Shown in pieces: positions 1 to 12,800 of a stretch of DNA of 54,638 nucleotides. Each line of letters opens with the position of its first letter. Positions within the stretch are counted from its first letter, which is position 1. Under the pieces are notes generated by a model that ran no database searches, was not told the DNA's origin, and saw only the letters and a program-made list of their open reading frames with translations. A program made the position numbers and the translations under genes. Origin of the DNA: Catajapyx aquilonaris (lineage: Eukaryota); assembly GCA_000934665.2 (NCBI GenBank), contig KZ538295.1, positions 310,001-364,638 on the forward strand, in the 5' to 3' direction.

Positions 1-3000
1 TTTTTAAATTTTTGGAAAACATCAGCACCCACACGAAATTTAGAGTATGAAAAAACGCTCGTAGCATTTTTTTTTGTTGCATATACCACATTTGCAGCAA
101 AATGAAGCATATCGATAATAATACGATACATTGCGATTTGATTGCCTCGATTAAAATTTGCATTGGCATTTGTGCTTATTCACTCAACATTAATCTAAAA
201 ATAAATGATGTCAGCGTTTATATGTGAAACAAGCGATTCCACGCCTTAGAACAGGAAAAAAATGTGTGCTAGATGAAATGCCATGTGTCTCGTATATCTG
301 TGGAAACATTCACGTGCAGGGGGCCCGTCTGGTTTTAATTCCTTTGAAGATGCGACGCAGAATAATCGGAGGAATTTTCTTACGTTGCTTGTAATTTCTT
401 CCGTGTTTCTCGCTCTCGATTAGTATTCTTCAGTTTGGACTCAGACCAAGTCCCTTTTATTAAAACATGTCACTTTTGGTATTGTGGAATTTTTTTCTCT
501 CACTTGTTTTCCAACCGTGTGCTCCTTGCTGGTTACGTTTCACGGGTGTGACAGACGGGTCGGAAAACTTGGGAAATATTTCAAAGGAACACGTCTCTTT
601 TTAGTGCTGATAATGAGTATGGAGTAAGAAACGTGGCTACATGTCAGCAGGCGTTTGTTGGATCAGCTCAGACATCAGCAACGTCAGCAGTTTGGAAATA
701 GCATTTATGTTGGAGAGATTAGATTATGCATAATTTTTGTACGAATATGATAGCGAAAATGGCGTACACATGAAGTAAATTTGGATCAGTGTAGGTGCAA
801 TATGTTTAGTTACGAAACCATGATGTCGTAAGGTTCATTGTTTCATAATTTGCAAAAAAGTACTTTCTGGCAGACCAAATTCGCAAAAAAGGGGTTTGCA
901 AAAAAACGTCCCCCCCCCCCTCTCAAAAATAATCAAAGAATACTGTCTACTCAGCGGCCAAAGAACGCGTTTCCTATTACTTGGATTGCATGCACGAGAC
1001 CGTGAATGATAAAGATGGGATGGTTGGAGCATCGAACACTTCCCTTGGAACTTGTCGGGAGATTGCGAGCCCTTTATGATAACGATTTTTGTTTCTTTAC
1101 AAAAAAAAAGAAAAAAAAGCCGATTCCAAAAGTGTACAAAAGTACCCATAGTAGATATAAAAAAGCGCAGTTTGCCTGCCGAAACAGAATTATATGGCTT
1201 CCGATGCGAATTTTCTCGAGCCATGTATTGTCGCCATCAGACTTTTTGGAAAGGATGGGAAGAGGAAAAAAAAAAAAGTGGCGTCGCAAAGCAATACAAA
1301 AGGTTATCTTCTGCTTTTGAAAAGCTAAAATCGTGGGCAATAAATATTAAAATGTGCTAACACGTATGCTTTCTTTTTTTTCGGGGAATGACAAACAGCG
1401 TCTGACAACTGCGGTTTTGAAGTTGGCAGAACCACGTTGTTTGTTATTAGTTTCGCAGCCATTCTTTGCTGCTTACACAAATATGCATCAACTTCCCCGT
1501 GTGTGAACTCTGATCCCCCTGCATATTGGGTCGGTTCATAAACAAGAATGGATTTACAATCCGGCCGGCAGAGCGCAACACTATCGCACATAGGCGGCAG
1601 CACCGTCGGGCAACATCGGACATAATTCAATCCCCCCTGTTTGCACTTTATTTGTGTCCCCATCATTTTTCGTCCCCTTTCTGATGGCAAAATGCGAAGC
1701 GGATATTTGTATAGATGGGGATGTGGAAAAAATGGAGAAAAGCGTTGGCAAAGCGGAAACCTTCGCCGATCATTGTGAATCGGCGATTTTCACGCAAGGA
1801 ATGGCTACCCCAAAAAGTTGGCCATTTCTCATTGTCTTCTTGAAATTCGGTCGGGCATTGAAAAGAGCGGCGGCGGACTCTCCGGATTTATTCGAATGGC
1901 CGTAGGGGTTAGAATTGGGAGGGGTCAGTCTCTATTTTTTTCTTCTTCTTTTCTGAAGGATAAAAAATGACAAAAAAGTATCTGATTCCAGAACCAGTGT
2001 GAGCAGTTGGGAAGGACCCGTGGCCATTCTTCGGAACCGATTTGCCAGAAGCGATGGGCAATAATTCAGGATGACGGCTTTCTCTCTGGTTGTGTAAATG
2101 GCCCAGCGATATATATCTATTTTTTGGATAGAGGAGGGGGGTGATTGGAGCTTTTAGTGTTTAGTGATGGATGCTCCATTAGTTTTCTTCGGTTGCGCAA
2201 GAATAGGCCGGCCCCGCACATATTAGACATCAATTTTGCCAGTGAATACTGCCCAAGTTGTATATCATTACTGGCCAATCGGTTCGATATAGCCTCATTC
2301 TTATAGAACTGCAATTTTTTTTTCTTCAAAAAAATTGAATAAGCAGTGCTCATACTAATTATCAGCGCTTGTTCTGGTTATATTTTTACGCATCTCCTTG
2401 ATTGCGAGATTCAGCTTCCACACACTCTGGGGGCGATAGAGCTCTCCGATTATGCAAATAAATGAGATCACCCACCTCCCTCCACACACTTGCAGTGCAC
2501 TATTATGTTACCAATCGTCACTTGTTTACATACGCGCCTCTGATGAGTGCCCATGATTGTACCCTTTATTTTTCAAATCACTTATCACCCATCCCACGCA
2601 TCATGTTCAACAACACTTCATCATGTGCTTCAGAAAATTCTACGATTGTTACGTCACTTTTTTCCGGGGCTCATTATTCGAGTATGGAGGGGGGGAAATT
2701 CAGTAAATCAATGTTGTGTAACGTATCGCTATCGGAAGTCAAGAGACGAGAGGGGGGGGGGGAGACTGTTCATGATCATTAGAATCCGGGGCACTTATTT
2801 CGGCAAGGTTGGGGGGCCCCCGCACAGTTATGGATGATAGCTAGTTCCGGAGCTCATTTTGGGTTGGAGCTCCATCAACGGCTTCACCTGCTCCAAGTGC
2901 CGCCATAATGGAGCGCGATTCGAGAACCACTTACCTTTCCAGGCTCCATAATGGCCTCCATGTGGCGGACTATTTCCAGAGTTTGGGTTACGAGTTTTGT

Positions 3001-3456
3001 GGGAAAGGGCGCATGAAATGGTATTCAAGGCCCCCTCTCCCCGGATTTGTGCTCCTGTCCAGAAAGAATCGTCAATGCTTTTTTCCCCCTCCTCTCATAG
3101 TAAGGGAGGGAACAAACTTTTAGTGCAGAGGCTGTTAACCGGAGTTTAAGTATCTGTTTGGTGAGGGTTGTTCTTCTCGCTGTTTTTTTTTTTTTTGTGT
3201 AGCAGTTAAATAGTGAGCGTGTCCTGCATACGGCGCTAATGAAGTGTTGGTGGGGACATAGTGAGTTGAGACATTGTGGGCACATTTGGGGACGGTTTTA
3301 TGTAGAGGGGGTCAGACTAGGAGTAAGACCAGTGTAATTTTGGGAGTTATTAACTTCTGATGAAATTGTGAGTATAAATCTGCCAGGAAGCGAATTAGTT
3401 AGTGACAGTCACTCAAATTGAGCCAAAAGGTACTCTAAATATTGAATGAAACTATA

Positions 3457-3669
3457 CAAGGTGTTTCAACTTTTTGACCGAACAGTCATCGGAAATATTG
3501 CACTAAGCTGCTACTTTGTAAGCAGTGTATGCCATTTCAACCTAAGATTCGCAGGGAATATTCCCCATTCCTCCGACAAACCAGTTGCAAGTCACTGCTT
3601 ACAAAGTAGCAGCTTACAGTGCAATATTTCCGATAACTGTTCGGACAAAAAAGTTGAAACACCCTACTG
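3457..3669. mobile_element. MITE family A (Tc1/mariner-like), copy 1
   Basis: ~70-bp terminal inverted repeats beginning CAAGGTGTTTCAACTTTTT, TA at both flanks, no ORF of note; second copy at 50399-50614. Confidence 0.8.
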
Positions 3670-6633
3670 TATACGCGTAACTCTAAGCAGACAATTTAGA
3701 GACGAAATTGATTTACACGCTTTCTTAGCTGAACCTCTTCAGATGTTGATATTAGTTTTTTTTGCTGGGAGTAGGAAGCGAATAAAAACGATCATAAATA
3801 GCACTTTATGATCCAACTTGGGTTAGCAACGCTCAATATTGTGCTTAATTACAGTGATTATGTTTACGAAACACGACCTTACATGAATCGGCGACTCACA
3901 ATATTATTGGTCAAAAGCTAGATGCACTTTTATCAAATGGTGCAAAAATAGACGATGATATTTTATTGACAATTAATTCAATATTGAGTATCGCGAATTA
4001 ATTACTGTACTTTCATCATTTCCGAATGATTGTTATTGTTGATACCGACACTGCGACTTTTCTAGTAACGACAACATTTTGGAGACTTGCAAATCTGGAT
4101 GGTCAAATGTGAAAAGCGTGTAACACTGCATGAATTGCCTGGGAAATGTGGGACAAATGACCTGAGCATACACCAAGCCCTCTCTATCTGGGAAGTGGAG
4201 TCAAACAACATCCGAAGTGTGAAAATGTGGGTCGAAAAATAGAATAGGGAAGGAGTGAGAGTTTGAAAGAAAGGAAAAAAAAAGTTGAGGGAATCCGCTT
4301 TTGTTGGAAGTGTGTGTGTTGAGAAGCACAGGTCCTGTCAACGTGTTCCAAGTGCGTATATGAGTTTAGACGAAGCGGATCTGGAAGAACCTCAGCAGGG
4401 TTTAGACAAGTGCCCTCCCCAGCATCCGCAGGTGTAAGAAAACGACGACATGCATATGTCGACAGTTCCTCTTTACCTCTGTATGTGTATAAAAAGGGGG
4501 GCAGAGAAGATATTTTGAGGCATTTATTTGTGTCTGCAGAACAACGTTTAATGAAACTAGGAAGTATTAATCACACGGGCGAATCAGGGGCCCGCCTAAT
4601 TTATGTGCCACATGGTTTGCTTATCCTGGACGGCGTTTATCCCCGTCCTCTGGTAATATCCACTTAGCAGGCCAGGAGAAGAGTCAGGCAAAGAGTTCAT
4701 TAGAGTGGTGCACAAAAGGGCCACAAGGGGAGGATCTGTTGTGGACTCCCCACCCGCTGGGTACAGGGGGACCGGCGGGGCCCAGGCTAAACCCGCGCTC
4801 CGTTTACTAACTGCCATGAGACGAGCTGTACCCCCCAATGGGCCAAACACCTGCACACCAGACCACCAAACAGCCTCAATTTTCCGGTAAACACAGGCGA
4901 GCCAATGACGTATTTCCGCCGGAGATGTGACGTCACCTACTAGTTGCAAAATATAATTTAAATATTGTACACACCCAGCCAGATTAGTCAACCCACAAGA
5001 TGCGGTGAAAAGTAGGTCAGAGTTCACTAGAGCCTAGTTGGAAAGCAAGGGAACCTCCTACTACGTAGTAAAAAAATTGCCCAAGTAATAAACTGTAAGC
5101 TGGCGCGGCCATTAAGTTTCTAATTTGTTGTGAGAGGCGGGAGTTGCCAGGCCCTCTGCTTTTCCTGCTGCTCTTCCTTCCCTCCCTGGGCCTCGAAGCC
5201 GGGGAGCAATTTCCTGCAAGGATAAATCATTATTCTTCCTTGGACGCAATAATTGCTTGAGAAGTGCCCTCTCTCGCCTCCACGCTAAGTTCCCCTCCAC
5301 CTAGAAAGGAAAGAGCAAATCAGGCGTCCCTTAATGAAGAGAAGGTGGTCGGACATCATGGATGTCGCCTTCCAGGTTGCTGTGTGTCCAACTATATAAG
5401 ATATCCTTGTAAGAAACGAAGCCAGAAGAGATGGGCAGAATTCCAGCCGGAAACCCCAAACTTTTCCCGGAAACAGGCACCTGCCTTCTTTGAACCGGAG
5501 ACAATTTACCTTGAGGACCACCGACCAAATTGCGACCGTTTCCTGCTGAATATTACAGGGAAAATTTTTTCCGCGCACATTTTTTTTAACGTTTATCTCA
5601 ACCAGAGACTGGGGTAGCAGCAGGCCCGTACCGAAGCTTGAATGTCAGTAATAATCTTATTATTAGCCACAGTAGGCCTATTTTTGCGGGAAGAAACTGG
5701 ACTCAGGCCAAGGAGTGGTGAATGAAAGTTGTGGGACCCCCGGGTTTTTTGGGCAGGGAGGGAGTTAGGACACATTGTTGCAGAGGGTCGAATTAGGTCA
5801 CATCATTCATAAAGTGCTACTCTTTCATATCGGGAGACCTCCTTTCCTAGACTTGTATATGCTGAAGGATAGGCGTGTGTATCCGCTGAAGAATAGTGTG
5901 TATCCGCCGGGACAGATGGGTTCGGTTGGTACAACGTGCCGCTACCCCTGCCATATTCGGTCTCCCGATATGAAAGTCATTTCGCATAATGTTGTGATTT
6001 TCTGAATGATTTGGCCAGCAAACGTTGCATACTTGTCAGGATATATTGGCATCATTGCTGGTTGCTTCGTTATTGTTGCAAAGTTTTATACAGGTCTGGT
6101 TAGAGCATGTCGCTGATATTGTTGCGTGTATCTCACCATGGGTGTGGTTATAGGTCAGCATCGGCAGGTTTTAACGCGATTGTTGCACACTTGGCAATAT
6201 GGTATACAAATTTTTAGTGTTTAATTTTCTTTGCAAACTGGTCAGATTACACCTCTGGCCCGATGCACCTATACCATATATTCTTGTGTTGAGGGAATGT
6301 GGGCCAGCATTTGCGTCACTGAGGCGGCGCTTGCAAGCTATACAGCAAAAGGTGCTATAGGCTCGTACTATACACACCGCATCACCGGCCCGCGGAATGG
6401 CGCAGGCGTGTCGAGGAGGAAAGATAATGGCCCGACACAATTAGTTGGCGCGTGAAAACGACCGGGACAAACAAGTCTGTGACATGAAAGCGCCGGATGC
6501 GTCGTTTGTGCCCCGGAGAAATGCGACTCTACCCTGGAATTGTCAACCTTGGGCTTAATTGCAGGTCGTCGGTGGAACCGTAATGTTTTGTAACCGTGGA
6601 AAATATATTTTTCTTCTTCTTCTCTTTGGCAGC

Positions 6634-6893
6634 ATGTCGTCGAAGCGGAAGTCGCCGCCGTCGAAGCTGGCGGAGGCGGAGAGTAACGGCGAAGGGTCCG
6701 GTCTGGCCGTAGCTGGCAACGACGCCCACGACGACGACGAAGCCTCCTTCGCCGACACCGACTTCCAAGCAGCATACGAAGAAGCTGGACTCAAGCTGTC
6801 CGACTTTTCAGACGGCGACGATCCAGAGGATTGTCTGTCCGCACTGCCGGTCAAGAAGCAAAAACTTCTTCGACCACCCAGGAGTCTCAGCAG
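6634..6893 (+). CDS. SoxD: SoxD coding exon 1 ([12 protein letters not shown]...)
   Basis: ATG at 6634 just after a pyrimidine tract and AG (6631-6632); donor CAG|GTACAT; phase 2. Confidence 0.85.
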
Positions 6894-9800
6894 GTACATA
6901 TATAACTATAAAAACGTTCGAGTGATTTTCACTCATTCCGCTTGATTTGACTCCCACTCGTTTTGAGTCAAAATCATTCGAATGTGAAATTATCACTCGT
7001 ATGAGTCACTGAAAGAGTAGTTTCCCGCTCATTTTCACTCTTCTTTCGAGTAATATTCCACTCGATTTGAGTGAAAGTAAATATTTGCTTTGCGATTTTT
7101 TGAGTGAATTTTTCACTCGCAAATTCTTAGAAAGTAAGCCTACGTCCGCAAATTTTGTAATGTAAGACATTTTTTTGGGCAATACAGTCGAGGCGATACG
7201 GATTCTGAATCGGAGGCATCGTCCGCTGAACTTCGAGCGTTGTCGCCGTACGAGAACCTGCTGAGATCGCCCGGTCCTTGCCACGCACGTCGGTCAATGG
7301 ACGACGTGCTGAAGAAACTGACCTCCAAGATGAACAACAGCACCATTTGCGAGGAACGTGAACGTGCACGTGCTGAGCGTGAACAAAAGGAGAAGGAGCG
7401 AGCTTCAGCATCCCCTTCTTCAAAGTAAGCTTATGCGCTGATCATTGTTTAATAATTGTTATATTATAATTATTATGGATCTTTTAGTGGGAAGGAGTCA
7501 TCAGCATCTGGCGAGGCTTCTCAGCAGCCGTCCCATTTGCTAGCGGACAGTCCGGCTTTAATGCAGGCCTTAGCCGTGTCCTCTGTCAGCGAAAAAGAGC
7601 GCAGACTGTCCGAAATGATCACAGAACTGCAGCAACTCAGGGACCAGCTCCTGCACCAGCAGCAGCATCAAATGCCAATGCAACCACCACCACCAGCGGA
7701 CACCCATCAGTCGTCGGACGTCCACAACCACACTTACCAACAGGACAACCATTCCGAAATCACCGCAAAGGTAGGTGGACCATCTCTCCGAATATTCCGA
7801 CTTGACTAATTTGAAGCGGGTTGCATCTCGGTTTGCAAAGTTATACATAAAACCAGCCCCATTTTCTCGAGAAGGCTTAGGTCGTGTTTATATACATCGT
7901 GGGCTTACAGCGTAATATAACTACGGGGGGGGGNGGGGGGGGAAGCGGCGTCACACTCTGCGCGTTAAGTCCCACCCACAGGTGCCATTGAAAGCGGGTA
8001 TTTGCAGAAGGGTATTAGAAGCCCGTCTATTAACAGATTAACCTTGCCTCGATGCGACAACAATGCCTTTTTCCTATACACACCACAAGTTACATCTTTC
8101 TCCTAATAGGCTTATTCTCTCCGTCAGATGTTTGTCCGACCTTATAGTACCACTGTTTCTGTCACAATCTGGGTGTGGCAGGAGTGTGCAGACAGGGTGC
8201 GCCATCTACGCGTGAAGAATAGTATTCCGTGGTAAATTAGCGGGCCATCCTTTATTTGCCAAATGTGCCAAATTTTAGCAACTGTTTCACTACTTTTTAA
8301 AAATATTACATGCAGTATATTTTAAGAAGACGGGTTATTTGTCACGGGCGTGACAATGAACATGGCAGTGAATCGCTTAAGCGCCTTGTGACTTCCCAGT
8401 TAATTATCCGATAACCCTTTGTTAGTCTGCATAAACAAGGCAAACAGTGTGGTTGGAGCATAACGCTGCCTTATCTTCTGTAGCGAGAGATTGGCGAGGC
8501 AGCAAAGGAGAACACAAGAAACTTGTGGGTATATCACACAGGGAAACCAACCCCGGGTTGATATTGACACAGGAGAATTGAATGGGGGCTGCAGCTTCCC
8601 TCGGTTCCAGGCAAAGGAAGATTTGGTGGAAACAAGGCGGGCTTTGACATCACAACGCCGGATGAGTCTTCGTCATTTTGACAGGCCTGCCCTGGAGCCC
8701 CTTTGTGGAGGGGGGGTATATAGTTGGATTGAACGTGGGGGGGGGGGGGGAAATGGCGGGGGAGGGGGGCTGTCCTGTCGAAGTGCTTCAATCCGATTGC
8801 CTTATTAGTCTCAGCTTCCATAGGGATCAAGGGATATAGAGAAAACCGCAGAGATCGGGACTCGGGACATTATACCGGAAGGAGACTTTTAATGTTGTCA
8901 AATTGCGGGTTTCTAATCAGCGCCATCTAGTGACAGGGGCGTACGCAACAATATGGGCGGCAAGGGCGTATGAAACAGTTTACCACGATTTGTTGGAAGA
9001 ATGTGTAACATGTCGATATTCTAAGCAACTATTAGTTGTAAAAAAAACATAGGGCATATGCAACAAAATTGCCATCGGTTGGACAGAATCTTTAACGTGG
9101 CTGTTGCAAATCATTATTAAAAATGAAAGAATTGTAGTGATAAAACGATTGTTTTTTTGCCACATTGAGCCCCCCCCCCCCATATTTACATTAAACGCAA
9201 ATGACTAAAAAATGGGATTGGTGCCCTCCATGTCAAGGACTGGGTCACTCGTTATTCTAGAGAATCCGGCGTTGATATGAACCGTGTCGATTGTCGTTGC
9301 TTCGTCTGAGAAGAAAGATGATTCATGTCAAGATCTATCGGGTTCACCGCCTGCATCTATCCAAGGTCCGTTGATACATTCTCCATCAGGTCTACAGGGC
9401 GCGGCCCCAGTTTGCATAACAAGTCTAGCTTCGAAAGTGTTACGTAAAAACCGGACATTAGGCGGCTACAGAGACACAATTACCTTTTCGAGGATTTTTT
9501 TTCTTCAAATGGATGTTGACAACTGGACAGGATTGAGGGTTAATAATAGAAATTGTCTCAATTTCGAGTCCTTGCTGAGAGTTTGGGTACGGGGAGGACT
9601 TATGTGATTTGATGGGTCGAAACCTTGACCTTAATCATCACTGTTATTGTGGCCTTCATGTCTAAACCATAGCAAGTTCTGGTTCAATTCGTGACCATTA
9701 TTACCAACGACGCCTTTTAATAATCTGTGTTCCAAAGATCGGCGATTGTGCAACATTTTAAACAGATAAGCAAACTTATGCTACACTCGATGATTTTTGC

Positions 9801-12800
9801 CCATTGTCAGGGCCGGATTTTGATTTCGTAAAATCTTCAAGACTCAACCAATGGAAACAGCTGGGGTTGGTTTCTGGCCTCAAATCCTGGGCCTATTAAT
9901 AGCCGATTTTGGCCGATCCGTGCATATTTTTCTTACCTTGTCACAGGACATGGCTGTTGTGTACCTTTTAGTCGTCATATTTTGGTCCAGCGGAAGTAAT
10001 TCACTACATTTTTTTTTGCACAGCTCTCTTCAAACGCAGATTTTTTGCAACGTTGGATTCTACTTTTGTCCGGATGATGATACGCGAATGTGCGAAAAAC
10101 GGTTAAAAGGCGTCGGGCGGAAATTGCGACGCCCACTTACTTGCGCCAAAGATTCTGAGAGTTTTTTCGGAGGTGTCACTTCACAGTTAAACATCTACTT
10201 GTCAACCTTTTATGACGTCATTGGAAAGGTTGGGTAAAAAATATGTGGTCGCGTGGACGGAAGTTGGGAGGGTTTTTGATCGCGGAAGTTCCCACACCCC
10301 CGCCTTGTAAGAACCACGTGCTGCTTTGCAAGGCTAAGAGGTTTTGGGTTGGTGACATGCACCAGAAGTTGCAGACATCCTCTTGCACCATAGGATGTGG
10401 GTGAAACTGAATCTTGCACCTTGACATGTACATTCAGAGTTGAGTTACGGGTGACGGACGGGTAGTGTCGGAGGAAACGAACATTTGGGCGTGTAATTAT
10501 TTCGTGTTATTTTTAACAATAATTTTTTAAAATGTGTCTCGGTCAAGGACGAGTCCAAGGATGCGGATTATGCGTAAACAGTAATTTTTTAACTCAGATT
10601 GTGGATAATAATACAGGGTGGTCCGGTTGGTGGGTATAGGAAGAGCTATTGAAGACATTGGGTGATCTTATGAGGCTCAATGAAAAACCTGCACGCCCTT
10701 GGAGAGTATCTTCTGATCAGGAAAGAGAAAATAATTAGCTACTCAAAAAATGTGGTGCATATGTACACCGTGCTTACAAAATATGTAATTTTCCCTAAGA
10801 AACCATACAAGTTCAAGGTATATGGAGACTATTAGTATGCGAATCTCATCAAGAATTTCAGCGTCATCGTGAACGATTTTATGAAGGAAATTAGTTGAAA
10901 TCATTAACCATGTGAAATTTACTTGGTGCAATATTACATTTATTAAACGTGATTAGTGCGATAATTACATGTAATTTAAGCACACGCATGTTACTGGATG
11001 ATAAATTATGTGTCTTGACCTGACAAAATTCTGTGACTATATACTGAGGGGAAGATATTTCCATGCAAACCATTGAGTTTCATCCAGCAGGCTTCATCCA
11101 ACTTTCCGCAAATATTCTGACCCCCCCTCTCTGGGGTCACCCATCTTAAAAGCCTCCAGGAACATATGACACCGATGTCTGGTCCTAAAAATATTTCCAC
11201 ATTTGCTCCCCGAAAAACGTGACGAGGTGGGCACATTAAAAGTGGTGTGGGACGCCCTTCTACTACCCAAACCGACAGCCCCAGTGCATTATAAACTGAG
11301 AGGAGGCGCCAACAGAAACCAACACACAGTTGTCCCTTCTTTTCCCATTTGCCCCCTTCTAATTTTTTTTTTTCTTTTTAAGAGAAGCAAAAGGGGGGGT
11401 TGAAAAAGGCAGCACGAGCCTTCTTTTTCTCAACTTATACACCTCGGCCATTATGGAAACTTATCTCCGCCCGCGCACATGGCACACCCAGAATGAGTTA
11501 TAGAAGAATATGAGGGCCCGTCATATGTTTGTGGGAGCTGCCGCCAACCGACTTCCTAAGAATAGAAAAAGACGGAGGAGTAGAGGAAGAGGGCAGGGTA
11601 GGATAGAAGAAAAAAAATTTTAAAAAGGAAAGTTAGTTCCACAAAAAAAAAATCCCTTCCATTCGGTCGCCGAACCGATTATCGGCATTCTTGGGGTTAG
11701 AAGCCACTCTAAACTGAGGCTTTGCTAACGCCAGATTTATGGGGAGTAGGGATTGGAGTAAGTAAGGGCTTCCTGCATTGTCGCTTGTCGTCGGTTGTTG
11801 GGGGCCATGGTTGGATTATAGGAATGCGGGGCGACGATAATTTACGGCTGTTTATGGACGTATGACGTGGTAGTGATGGCCTGGAAAAATGCGACCTGGA
11901 ATTTTTTTGGGATGCAAACTTCATGTGGAGTTAGATATGTGCTTACGGGGGTTTTTTTTTGGGGGGGGGGGGTTACATACAGGCTGAATTTATTAAAAAT
12001 TTTATTCATAGTTGAAATTATCGCTCAGAAGAATTTGTCGATTGTTAGCACACGGCGCAAGAAATGGACAAAAGGTGTATATGTTGCAAAAAAAAAAAAA
12101 AGTGCGAATGAAACTGTGTGAAGCTGCTCGTAAAACTATTTTTAATGATGTTAACAGCTGTTTACCACATTTAAAAACAACGGACAGTGTTTATAGTGTA
12201 GTTCGGACATTGGCGGGAATAGATGGTTTAAACAAGCGTGTTGTTGTCAACAATGTTGCAACCACTGCATGAAAATCGGATGAAGTTTTTTTTTTTTTTG
12301 AACAAAATTAATGTGGAAGCTCTTGGTATGCGGCGAGTATATTTTTGACAGTTACCTACGCATTGGCCACCCAAACATTAGTGCGTCATAGGGTGGGTGT
12401 TCATCATGGTTATTCCGGCTTGTATTAATCACGTCAGAGCAATTATACAGCAGGGTCATGTCACACCTGCTTTGCGCAGGTATGTTGCTTGGTGAGGCGA
12501 ATATATCAATGTGTCATTATAAATTATATTGGAAGAACTATCTTCTCGAGTAAGAACGAGTGGGTGTTAAATATACGGCGCCAGTATTTTGTAAAATCTA
12601 ATACTTTGTGTACATTGCACATATTCTGGAAAGTGAAACAGGATTTAAAAAGTGGCTTGGATCCCAAGTTGCAGGCAGGATTTCCATAATGAATCGCGTT
12701 TGCATAATCTGCATGCAAAGCAGTTTAGGTGTCATGTAGATTATGTCGCATTACTTGCGACACACACATCAGTGAGATAATGCTGTTGCGTTTGAAAAAA

